From contig NW_025963779.1 of assembly GCF_023055435.1 (NCBI RefSeq), positions 16,058,001 to 16,122,000 of the forward strand: 64,000 nucleotides of DNA, read 5' to 3'. Every line of letters starts with the position of its first letter. The stretch's first letter is position 1. The notes under the pieces are model-generated. The model did not search any database and was not told where the DNA came from. It was given only the letters and a program-made list of their open reading frames with translations. Source of the stretch: Haliotis rufescens (lineage: Eukaryota). Below are positions 40,718 through 52,700 of the stretch, piece after piece. The position numbers and the translations under genes are program-made.

Positions 40718-41638
40718 ATTTAACTTGTTTTGTTAGAGAAACGTTGAGCTCGTGGGCACACCATACTTATGTCTTGCAATGGCATGCGGGAAGATGTTTG
40801 GTTAACACTCTACAAAGTTATGGCTTACAGGTTTTAATACGGTATCATTTGTCATATCTATTTGGCTAACCCCTTCCATCTGACATTTATATTAATGCTG
40901 TTGTTATCATTGTTGTTACAGCATTCAACATGTGGGCGACACTTCCAAATTTGACATATCAGTGTCAAAGGTGATGCAATTGAACCAAATGTTTTCAGCT
41001 GAACAATTGATTTGCCTTTACATGTGTTTGTGACGGGTGTCATCAGTGAGCAGGATACGCTCACCTTTTAGCGACCACCTGGTGTCATCACTATTTGATA
41101 GTTATTCACAAACACAGGCTATGATACAGTCTGAACCGCACACTCCACTCGGCGTTTAGCAGAGATTTCTGACGATTATGGACTGAAATTTGTTGCTTGT
41201 ATTTTACTGCAAAACAATTATTTCTGTTCGCAATCAACTGCCCCTTACTAAACGATGAGCGCACATGCGTTACCACATGACGTCATCACAGAGTTTCAGT
41301 AATCCATTTCGCCTTTTACGCCAACACAGTACCTACTTGGCTAACCACAATCCATACTGTCGACAGAGACAATGGTTGTATACTACCCAGGGAGCTGAGT
41401 AATGGGATAGCGCTTTGAACCTTCACTAGTGTGTGGAATCTAGCGCATTACTGATACTCATTATTATTAAACTACAAACAAATGAAATTGTTCGCTTTAA
41501 ACTCGCTTATAACCCTTACTGTTAAATATAACGTTTATGCTCCCAAGCGGGAATTCGCGTTCGCGTATCAGTAACCAATCTGAATCCTGAGAAACACAAG
41601 TCCTGAGCAGATGCTTGACAAGCTTACACCCCATCTAC

Positions 41639-41935
41639 TGAGTGAGTGAGTGAGTGAGTGAGTGAGTGAGCTGGGTTTAACGCCGCTTTTAACAGTATTC
41701 CAGTTATATCGCGGTGTGTCAGCTTAATGTGGGAGGAAAGCCCTAAGTGATGCAGGTCTCAGACGTTTACCACTTTGGTGAAGCCTACGAGCACGGGTAT
41801 GGTGCTCACAAACCTAGAAACACAATCGGGGCGAACCGGGATTCGAACCAACAATTATAGGTTTCTGAGGTTCTTAAGGGACGCAACTCTGCACAGCGAA
41901 TCGCTGCGCCTTTGACGACTTGGCCAACCGTGCCC
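41639..41935 (-). mobile_element. SINE family B, full length
   Basis: Aligns with 1678-1967. Confidence 0.9.
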
Positions 41936-42389
41936 TAAAACCCACGATGTTCACGGAAACGTCCGTGTTATTGTTTACGTTGTTTCATAACGCCGAGCCC
42001 CTGACCTACATGTAAATACGATGTTGGTCAAGTGGTTGATGAACTAACTACATGGCAGGCCCTCTGAGATATCGGGGAGTCGAGAGCTCGACACACATGT
42101 ATTCAGAATACACCGTGTCAGGTAATCACAAGGTCAGGCAGCAGTCAGGCTGTAGGGCGTGGTTGTGTGAAGTACGGTGAATCAACTGATGAGAACATTG
42201 GTCGATCTCCAAGGACTGTCACATTATATTTTTGAAAACAGTTGTTTAGAAGCTTTAAAATAAGCGAAGCAACAGTACTGGCTTGGTCTCTATCACAATG
42301 TAAGCGGTACTGGTGAACCAAATGGGACGTATGTGTGAAGAATCTCAGGACAAAACACAGGAGGATGAAAAGCGACGTTTGCGCGCTTT

Positions 42390-42587
42390 TGGTGTGTGTG
42401 TTTGTTGGTAGAGTGTGTGTATGTTGGTAGTGTGTGCGTGTTGGTAGAGAGTGTGTGTTGGTTGATTGTGTGAGTTGGTAGAGTGTGTGTGTGTGTTGGT
42501 AGTGTGTGTGTGTTGGTTGATTGTGTGTGTTGGTAGATTGTGTGTGTTGGTAGTGTGTATGTGTTGGTAGAGAGTGTGTGTGTGTTG

Positions 42588-42653
<66 letters not shown>

Positions 42654-43325
42654 TGTGTGTTGGTAGAGAGTGCGTGTGTGTTGGTAGAGTGTGTGTTGGT
42701 AGAGAGTATATGCGTGTGTTGGTAGAGTGTGTGTGTGTGTTGGTAGAGTGTGTGGGTGTGTAGGTAGATTGTGTGTGTGTGTGTGTGTGTTGGTAGAGAG
42801 TTTGTGTGTGTTGGTAGAGTGTGTGTGTTGGTGGAGAGTGTGTGTGTTGGTAGAGAGAGTGAGTGTCTGTGTGTTGGTTGAGTGTGTGTGTGTGTGTGTG
42901 TGTTGGTAGAGAGTGTGTATGTTTGTTAGTAGAGAGTATGTGTGTGCTTGTAGAGTATGTGTGTTGGTAGAGAGTGTATGTGTGCTTGTAGAGTATGTGT
43001 GTTAGTAGATAGTATGTGTGTGCATGTAGAGTGTGTGTGTTGGTAGAGAGTGTGTGTGTTGGTAGAGTGTGTGTGTTGGTAGAGAGCATGTGTGTGTGTT
43101 GGTAGAGTATGTGTGTTAGTAGAGAGTGTGTGTGTTGGTAGAGAGTGTGTGTGTTAGTAGAGAGTGTGTGTGTATACTGGTAGAGTATGTGTGTTAGTAG
43201 AGAGTGTGTGTGTGTGTTGGTAGAGTATGTGTGTTAGTAGAGAGTATGTGTGTGCTTGTAGAGTGTGTGTGTTGGTAGAGAGTGTGTGTATGCTGGTAGA
43301 GTGTGTGTGTGTTAGTAGAGTATGT
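42390..43325. repeat. Compound (GT)n/TTGGTAGAG repeat with embedded (GA)n
   Basis: Direct reading; source of the spurious ORF 42145..43089. Confidence 0.9.
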
Positions 43326-44451
43326 GTACAAGTAATCTATTTAACTCGCCGTTAATGTTCAAGGCGGCGTAAAACCAAACTCACTTACTACTGTGACGTC
43401 ATCTGTAAATGCTCGTAAACAGACATGAAATACAAATTACAAAGTTTTTGCTGAGTAACGAGAACTTTCGCGCTGTACGTTAATTGATTAGGCCCGATAG
43501 AGTCCATTTCTGGTTAGGGACAACACCAAGGTATCTGCAGATCAACCACAGACAATCCAGTGATTGACATCATGAGCATCAATCAACAGGGATACGACGT
43601 CATGCATCAACCAAGTCAACCGAGCCTGACCACTTAAACCCTTTAGCCGTCTTTTACAATCACGGGTTGCTGAATACCAGTTCTAACCCGGATCTTCACG
43701 GGGCTCCTCTGTTATGAATGTAAACTCTCCAGAAGAGCTCCCCGGGAACATCTCGTTCTTCTTCCGTGGTCTTAATTTCCCCAAAACTTTACAATCTCAA
43801 GCATTACCTCGGAGCTTTAACCTTTAACCAAATTGACACGGATATTATAATTAGACAACCCTCGTTAGGTCGATCCCTGAGTCAGGACCAGGGCCAATCG
43901 AAAAGATCAAAATACTATTAACGTATCAGTTTACTTATCACAGAGTCATAAAATCACCCACCGCATGCCTGTACCGCCAGCCTTCTATAGGAGCCTTCTC
44001 TGGGTCCCCCCTGACATACCTCCTCAGCCGGAGACGACCTGGACACACGGCAACGTGTGCGTGTACGGCGTGGCTCATCCAGGGATTACATTCCCCTCTG
44101 TAACGTCTCTTCACGTCCACGTGTCTCCTTTATTATACCCGTAGGCCCGAGAGAGTGACAATGATCTGTACTTGAAATCAATGTTTCGGTCCCGCCAGTT
44201 TACTCACATATATTAGGGGCACGGGTGACCTAGTCGTCAAATGCTGCAGGTCAAGGATTCGAATCCCAGATTATCCTGATTAAGTTTTTTGGTTTGCACC
44301 ACCATACCCGTGTTCGTGGGTTTCACCAAAGAGGTTAACGTCTGAGGCCTGCATCATGTCGGGTGTTTCTCCAACAACAAAGTGACATTCCGTTATGTAA
44401 CTGAAACACTGTTCAAAGCGGCGTAAAACCCCACTCACTCACTACATTCAT

Positions 44452-44718
44452 GTTGTTTGTTTGTTTGTTTTTTAACGCCGCACTCAGCAATATTCCAGCT
44501 ATATGGCGGCGGTCTGTAAATAATCGAGTCTTTACCAGACAATCGAGTGATTAATATCATGAGCATCGATCCATGCAATTGGGATCGATGGCATGCATCA
44601 ACCAATCCAGCGAGCCCGACCACCTGATCCCGTTAGTCGCCTCTCACGACAAGCATAGTCGCCTTTTACGGCCAGCATGGGTTTCCGAAGGCCTATTCTA
44701 CCCCGGATCTTCACGGGT
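44452..44718 (-). mobile_element. SINE family C, full length
   Basis: TSD CACTACATTCAT on both sides; adjacent to the tail of a degenerate SINE B (44216-44441). Confidence 0.85.
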
Positions 44719-45987
44719 ACACTACATTCATTCATGTAAGGTCATTGGCCATGATTTGTAGTTGAAATGATTCTTGTATTTCCACAAAAACTGCCGTGCA
44801 AAAACGTATTCACCAGTGTTTGATGGTGGCTAAAAGTGAAACAATCAAGAAATGGTTATTCGATGGTGTTGTATTTGATAAGGGTATTAAAGTTGGACCT
44901 GACGTTTGCAGTGTTTCAACCTAGTAACGTTTTGATAACGTTTGTAATGTTTTCATCAAATCAAATTTTCAAGTGTATAATTCTTTATGGACATCAGTTT
45001 TCGATGTTGGCGTTATTACTAAACTATTTACAGTGTTAGAACTTAATTTCAAAGAGCCTTGTCGAACGGTTCAGTTAGAATGACGTTAGCCAATAATTAT
45101 CTCAAATGGTCATTGTTTTCGACTTTTTTCTTGTATTTCATCAAAGGTAAACCAATACAATCTGCATGTTGATATGTTGAATCGTTGGTCTCATGTTAAC
45201 AGGATATTAAACAAATGTCTGAATACCAGCCATAATAACACAGTCTTATCCGCCCAATGTCCCGTGATTAATGAGCCAATCAGATGTATGCTACAATCGG
45301 CCAGCACGGACCCAGAGCGTGAAGCCCACGTTGTGTTCTTAATTTCTCGTCGAGTGATTTCAGGGTTATAGTTGGTGTGTCGCGCGGTAATGACCTCATC
45401 GATATCATTTACACCAAGACTTGGGTGCAGGGGTACCCCCAGGCAGATATAAAGGGGTTCCGTATGTAAAACAACCCCCCAATGAAATACTTACAGGTTC
45501 TTCAACCATAAACTCTCGATCATTGGGTACACACTGCAAATGGCTTTGCCAAGCTTTACGGAAAAGCGTTTAAATGACATTTCATATTTCTTACACGCCA
45601 TTAATCTGTTTTTGCAATCAAGTTTAAATAATGAGTTTTCTTCTTTTACACAAATATTACACAAGTGACTGCGTTTAATGTTTAGTACTACAGAATACCT
45701 GCTACTGAGGGACGGTGTGAGTGTACCCATGAGGGTTGTACAAAAAGTATAAGGTCCCCCCACAATATTTATTACGGAAAACACAGTTTGACTTCAATAT
45801 TATAAAACATGCAAGAAAAACGTAAAGTGTCTTTTCATTACCCAAACTTGTGTACAATGAGTATACCCGGTATATCCCCTTTATTTTCAGTCATATATAG
45901 AATTATATACAGCTGTGTCGGCTAGAGTGTGCGGTCAGCAATATTCCAGCTACATCATAGCGGCCTTTAATAATCTAGGTCATGTAA

Positions 45988-46150
45988 TGAGTAAGTTTGG
46001 TTTTACGCCGCTTTTAGCAATATTCCAGCAATATCACGGCGGGGGACACCAGAAATGGGCTTCACACATTGTACCCATGTCGGGAATCGAACCCGGGTCT
46101 TCGGCGCGACGAGCGAACGCTTTCACCACTAGGCTACCCGACCGTCCCCT
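45988..46150 (-). mobile_element. SINE family A, full length
   Basis: Reverse complement of the A consensus. Confidence 0.85.
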
Positions 46151-46172
46151 TAGGTCATCACACTCTCGTGGG

Positions 46173-46411
46173 GACCCGTGAAGATCCGGGTTAGAATATT
46201 TCTTCAACAACCCATGCTTGTCGTAAGAGGTGACCTACAGGATCGGTGGTCAGGCTCGCTGACTTGGTTGATGCACGTCATCGTATCCCAAATGATCGAT
46301 GCTAATGATGTCAATCACTTACTGTCTGGTCCAGACTCGATTATTTACAGACCGCCGTCATATAGCTAGAATATTGCTGAGTGTGACGTTAAACAACAAA
46401 CAAACATACAA
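46173..46411 (+). mobile_element. SINE family C, full length (single-hairpin variant)
   Basis: Starts GACCCGTGAAGATCC; TSD ACACT(C/G)TCGTGGG at 46160-46172 and 46412-46424. Confidence 0.9.
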
Positions 46412-46624
46412 ACACTGTCGTGGGTTACGATAGCATGTACCCAGCTAGGCCGCACTGTTGCCGATTCAAATCAGTCTGTCAACTCTTGCGATAAGCATGT
46501 GGATCTGTATATATATAATCGAACCCGGGTCTTCGGCGTGACGAGCTAACGCTTTAACCACTAGGCTACCCGACCGCTCCTTGACATTTTAAAAGCATGA
46601 CACTATTAAATAACTGCTGAAATG

Positions 46625-46630
46625 TTTATT
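46625..46630 (-). terminator. Polyadenylation signal AATAAA of the TEP gene (predicted)
   Basis: AATAAA about 64 nt downstream of the predicted stop at 46694. Confidence 0.6.
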
Positions 46631-46693
46631 CATATTTTAGTGTACAAACACGCGTAGTACGCACAGACAGAGCTGTCCCTGGGCTTCGATGAA

Positions 46694-46708
46694 CTACTTC
46701 CCGATGAT
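46694..46708 (-). CDS. TEP last coding exon (IIGK*)
   Basis: Acceptor ttttattgttgcag|ATC ATC GGG AAG TAG, followed by AATAAA. Confidence 0.65.
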   Translation of the reverse strand: MIGK

Positions 46709-49700
46709 CTGCAACAATAAAATAATGACTGTAATCCAGATCAGCAAGATGATTGCAACAGATGCTGAAAGGTGAAATGGGGCAACCGTTTAATGTCACG
46801 TTCACGATGCTTGTACTTATATAGCGACGTGCATGCACGTGTGTGTGTGTGACTGCTTGCACTAGTCCGGACTTCTGTCGGCTTAATAGTGCAAGCCTAG
46901 AGCAACGGAGATACCCCAATCAGAAACATTATACTACGAGCCGACCAGACTTTGTTTTACCCGCTTAAAGCCGAGCGCCAGGCAGGATACCATCTTTCAA
47001 CGTATTTTGGTATAACGCGGCCAGGGGATCGAACCGCTGACCTTCCGGTCTCGCTATAACACGTTCAGGTCTCGAGTAGTACTCACCAGATCCCCACAAC
47101 CAGTGCAGGTAGGACAGATGTCGCATAGCTTGGCGTCGTGGAGGGCCGAGGACAGATAGAACACACTCTGCTGATTCACTGCGACAAGATGACATTATCA
47201 GAGACGTTCAAGCGTTTAATTTGACCAAAGATACATACATACATGTAGATTAGGTTAAGCCGTTTCAGGATCCGTTGATCGACTTCGAATGGTCGCATCA
47301 TGGTCTTATTGCACAGACGATCGTTTAGCAGGATCGAACTGAACTAAAGTGTCTGACTAGGACCAGGCAAATTAGCAGTCCTAGCGTGTGTGAATCAGGT
47401 CACTCAAACAACAAGTAATTCGCCTGCTTATCAAATTTTTGTTTTGTATCGATCTACCATTAAATAATGTGCCATCACAGACATAAGGCAAACCATTATG
47501 CCCTAAACTGAATACGCGCTGCTGATTGTGGAGGCTGGTCTTCATTTAATATCTCTTTTTAAATAATAAATACAATGTATATCAAAGTATAAATCATAAA
47601 GGAAGATGTAATTGTAATTTATGATACCGATTTATTGAATGATAACGGGGGCACGGGTGCCCAGTTGTCTACAAGGCACATTTCATTGTGCAGTTGCCTC
47701 CCTTGTGAGAAGCCTATGATTGTTTGTTCGAATTCCAGATTCGAACTGATTAAGTGTTTTGGTTTGGCAGCACCATACCCCTCCTGGTGGGGTTCATGGA
47801 AATGGTAAACGCTGAGACCTGCATCACTTCGGACTTTCCTCCCACATGAAGCAGACGCGCCGTCATATAACTGAACTACTGTTCAAAACAGCTACTTACT
47901 CAGACTATCAAATCCTTATCAATCTGTTGAAGCTTTGGGTCGACGACATTATATACCTACCGGGATTGTAGTAGTCAAAGACGAGTACTTGGGACTTCTG
48001 GGTCTGGACCGTCATCCCGACTCTGTTGGCTGTGACATCCACGCATAGAGGACTGCGCCCGATCTAGGTCATATGGCACAATGGCAATCAAACAGTACAG
48101 ACAAGATACTTTGTGGATGATACCTTCTTTATTCTATTGTGATGCTTGACTCTTGCTTGACAACGATAGAATGATCTACCGCGAAAGAGTCTTGCTTGAC
48201 AATGGTATAAGGATATATACCGAAAGATACGACGACGGCCTGTAAATAATCGACCCTGGACTAGACAATCCAGTGATTGACATTGTGAACGGGTTACGCT
48301 GTCGGGTAAGATGACACGCAAACAACCAGGTCTCCGAGCTGCCCACCCACCAGTCAGTATACATGTAGGTTACTGGGGGACCGTCTCTAACACGGAAACC
48401 ATGCAGGGGTCCTCACGTGCACGTAGTACTCCGACAGTTTTTCATTTACATAAAAATAACTGAAGAAGTGTTCATAAGAGGCGTTAAACCGAAACACATT
48501 CACTTATATTCTTATATCGGGATTCGCATTTCAGTGCTATGTAAATCATATCTTTAGTAATATTATATTTTATATTTGATACTATACCAAACAAAGAATC
48601 ATACATATTTCTGGAGATATTTTTATGAAATTGTGTGCCAGCCGTCCCTGCAAAAAAAATATTCCCAAACATATTCATGATCCCTAACGTTTTGTTAAGT
48701 ATAATATAAATATAACGTATTTTAAACTGCTTACTTAAATGGATGTAGCTTTCTCCATTTTTAGATAGCAAAGGCACAATGGTTAAATGTTCCGGCGGTG
48801 ATTTGTAATCTAGCACAAGTATATGCAGACGGACGCTGTTCCGAAAGAGGTCAACAATATCACAGACAACAGTTAAAACCACAGTTACAGCACTGCTGTT
48901 GACACATGCATTACCTTTGTAACTTTCTTTTATGCAAGAGTGTTGTAGATTAAGAGAATAAAAGTTATATATCACCTGTTCAAAGTAGATGTCAACAGTT
49001 CCTGATTTGTATTCCTTCTTTTTGAGACCGTTGGTTTCTTTGATGAGGCTGACGTCGGGTTCGAAACCAGTTGGAATACCCACCTGGATAACGGCCATAC
49101 CACTTGAGTCTGCCAGCTTCCAGCTGTGGAAATGTAGAGTCTCAAAGTATAAAGTTTTGTTTTACGAACATCACATAAATATTCATGTTATACATTTCAT
49201 AGTTGACCGTTTATTAGAGTGTTAAAAATAGAACATATTCTAAGAACTGCTTAGAATAAAATATATAAGCGGACGTGAATATCGCCCAGTCATCTAAACA
49301 CGGGATATTTAATATTTTTTTGTTTCTAGTTTAACGCCGCATTCAGCAATGTTCAAGCTATATGATGTCGATCTGTAAATAATGGAGTCCAGTGATTGAC
49401 AGCATGAGCATGAATCTATGAAAAAGGGTCAGATGACATGCATCAACGAAGTGAGCGAGCCTGACCCCCGATACCTCATTTTAGTCGCATCTTAGGACAA
49501 GCATGGACTGCTTAAGAACAACTCTAACTCTAACTCGGTGTGAGTGAGTGAGTGAGTGAGTGAGTGAGTGAGTGAGAGTGTGTGTGCGTGTGTGCATTCG
49601 AAGCTGTGATAGTGCAACCTACTACTACTACTACTACTACTACTATAGTATTAAAATTACTATCGGCGCACTACATACGTGCAATTATTTATACATTAAC

Positions 49701-52700
49701 ACGCCTTGAGTGGTCCCATTATCGGTGAAAAACATACCAGATACGGGAGATAAAAACAATCAACTCTCAACAAATAATTTCAAGATGTAGCCGATATATT
49801 TCGTACAGCATAAACGGAAAAAGTTTCAGATTTTAGCGAAATATGCAGAGGGAACATCGTTACCTGGCGCATACATGTACCGTTATTGACTGCACGCTTT
49901 CTTTGATTACAGTAGCGGTGAGATCAAACGCCGCATTGCCATCAGCTGCATCAACATTGTAGAAAACTGCCACCTGTAATCATAGTGTGCACTGGTATGT
50001 ACATCTCAGACTTCCGCAATAACATAACGAAATGACGCAGGCGTATATCAATTGTATCTATCACCAATAGTGGTGCCATACCCAATTGTCGTCTTGTTTT
50101 TCGAACGCTCCCACCCTAAAATGTGTATGAGATGAAGCAATATGAAAATATGCCTATTTTGAATATTTTTGTTGTTACTTTCATTATAACAAGAAGACAT
50201 AAACCTCAAATCCCTTCTTACACCCTTTCTCCCTTTTTGTCAACTGCATCTTGTCATATCAACGATAACAAACCTATTTGGTATGAAAAAAACTCAGTGA
50301 AACTATTAAAGTGTGCATAATTATAATGCACGAACGTTATTAAAAGAACGCATTAGCAAAATATTATTCATTTCTTCGAGTGGAAATTACTTGCTTAGGA
50401 GTGATCGTATTCAGTAGACCTAAACATCGTCATCTAAATGTGGAACCAACTTCACATACGATCACATGAAAAAACATGCTCTTTGACATGATTGTACTTC
50501 ATCCGTGAAGAGTGGCGAAAAAGTTACCTCAACAACACCAAGTCCCGAACCAGATGCTGTTATATTCACTGAACCGCTGTCAACCGGCAACTGTGTTATG
50601 CAAAATATACAAAAGTATTATTAACAAATATATAAATCGAAGTTAAAAGTCAAGGCCATGAAAATATGACTTATTAAACATAACAAAATATTTATCGTTT
50701 CCATTAAACACAGTGGGTGAACACATGCTTTGGTGTAGTGTAAGCTGTTTTCATCAGTTTCACAGACAGCCGAGTGGACTATGGTGTCCCCGCAATTCAC
50801 TCTGCAGAGTTGAGCCCCTTAGCTGTGCAAGGATCCTTCATCGCATTCTAGATTCGCGTCGATTACAATCTTTGTCCTGTCAGCACCCTGCGTCCCCTGG
50901 TTTCAAGAGTTGTAAATGATCTCTGTGTTCTGGCTGGTCACTGTATTAGTAACTTATATAACTAACTCATATAGCTGAAGTATTGTAGTTCAAAGGCGGC
51001 ATATATATCAAAACTCACTAACTTCGTCCAGGATTTTAGATTCACACCGATTATGAACCGTAGTTTGTCTGCACCATGTCCATCTTGCATGTTTAACCAT
51101 GTTTAACCAAAGATAAAAGATGGGCCTTTCCTCCGACATAAAGATGAAACGATGTGATATAAAATTAATGAAAACCTATTCAAACCTATCCCAACTCACT
51201 CACCTCAACTTCGTGAAGGACATTAATGTTAGAGTCATCTATCTGGAAGTTCTTGCTGAAGCCAGTGGTCGCTATGGTTGCAGCGATGTGGACGTGGTGC
51301 GGCGAGGACGGGGACGTGGCCTGGTGTAAGGCAGTGTGGAACTCAGACAGAGCTTTAAGAGCCACCACAGTGTCCTGCAGGTTAAGTACGGACAACCATT
51401 ATGTAAGCACTCTCTATAAAACCGACAATATATCATATGCATGTTTTTATGAATCACTATCAAATAGTGATGATGCCAGGTACCCTGCTCCCCCGCTACA
51501 ACGAACGTCAATTACCGACATGTTTTAATCCGCCATTGTAAAAGAAACAAAACAAATACAAAACTGATAGAAAAGGGCTGGTTGATTGAGCTGAGGTTAA
51601 CTTGTGCCTTGTCACATGCTTTTCGTCGACTCGGAACAAAGCGTGTCTTTTTAGCTTCGAAGCGTGGTCGAAGGGATTTATTCTATTTTATCAACCAATG
51701 AACCAATCACATCTCATCATTCTGACATGGAGGTATGATACATCATTTTATCAAGATCTCGTGAACCAATCAGATCTCATCATTCTGACATGGTGGTATG
51801 ATACATGATGTTATCACAATCACGTGAACCAATCAGATTTCATCATTCTGACATGGAGGTATGATAAGACACATTAGCCGTCTGTTGACAGCGCCAATAA
51901 ATACAGTAAATCCCAATCAGAACATGATGCTAGTAACCAGAAAGTCCAGCAAACCCATTCAATTCCACCCTCAACCCCTTCTCATCTTTATCAGCTTATA
52001 TTCATCCCATTCACAGAACAAAGAACAAGGGGCCGTGAGGGTTCCTTGATTTTATTAAACCGTATACATAACATTATTTCAGGGACTGTATGTTTGTCTA
52101 GTGACCTGACTCTGACCTGTGTTGACGTGAAGCCTCCATTGGGGTTCCTTTGTTGGACAATCCATTTCATGACCTTAAGTCCCTCTCCGAGTTCCCCCCT
52201 CGCTGTGTGGGCGAGGAGGGCGTAGGCGGAAGTCTCAATGTCTATAGGTCGACCAAATCTCTGTCCCTCCTTCCATGGTTCTCTTTTTGTGACAGTGGTA
52301 GTCTTACTTGCCGTCCAGTATTTTATTTGGCCTATAAAATAAGGAAACAATAATTTTATGGTACATTAGATTTCACTGCGATTGTGGAGCAATTAATATT
52401 CGCAAAAAATAATTGTTCATTAAATGTGTGTGGTTGATAAAAATAATATATGTTGAAACATACAGACGATACACATGCCAAATGGCTATGAATGTTAAAA
52501 TATATTACTGAGCAGGTGAATATAACGTTTTGCACATGATGCAATTGTAAATAATATTGAGATTAACAAAAGTCAGACAAACATATATATTTCAAATAGC
52601 CTACAGGGTCAAGAGAAAATTTTCAAATTGTTGTTTAACGCCGCTATCAGTACTATTCAATCTATATGTCTATATTATACCCAGACGGCTTGGTTCGTTG

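Noticed and set aside
46173-46290. Calling the family C head a canonical HDV-like or hammerhead ribozyme
   Set aside because: No CUGAnGA/GAAA core, and the HDV L3 and J4/2 residues are not in the required topology; kept only as an unclassified structured-RNA candidate
48484-48975. C-terminal extension of the 204-aa ORF
   Set aside because: Intronic read-through past the donor at 48975; TEP homology resumes at 48063
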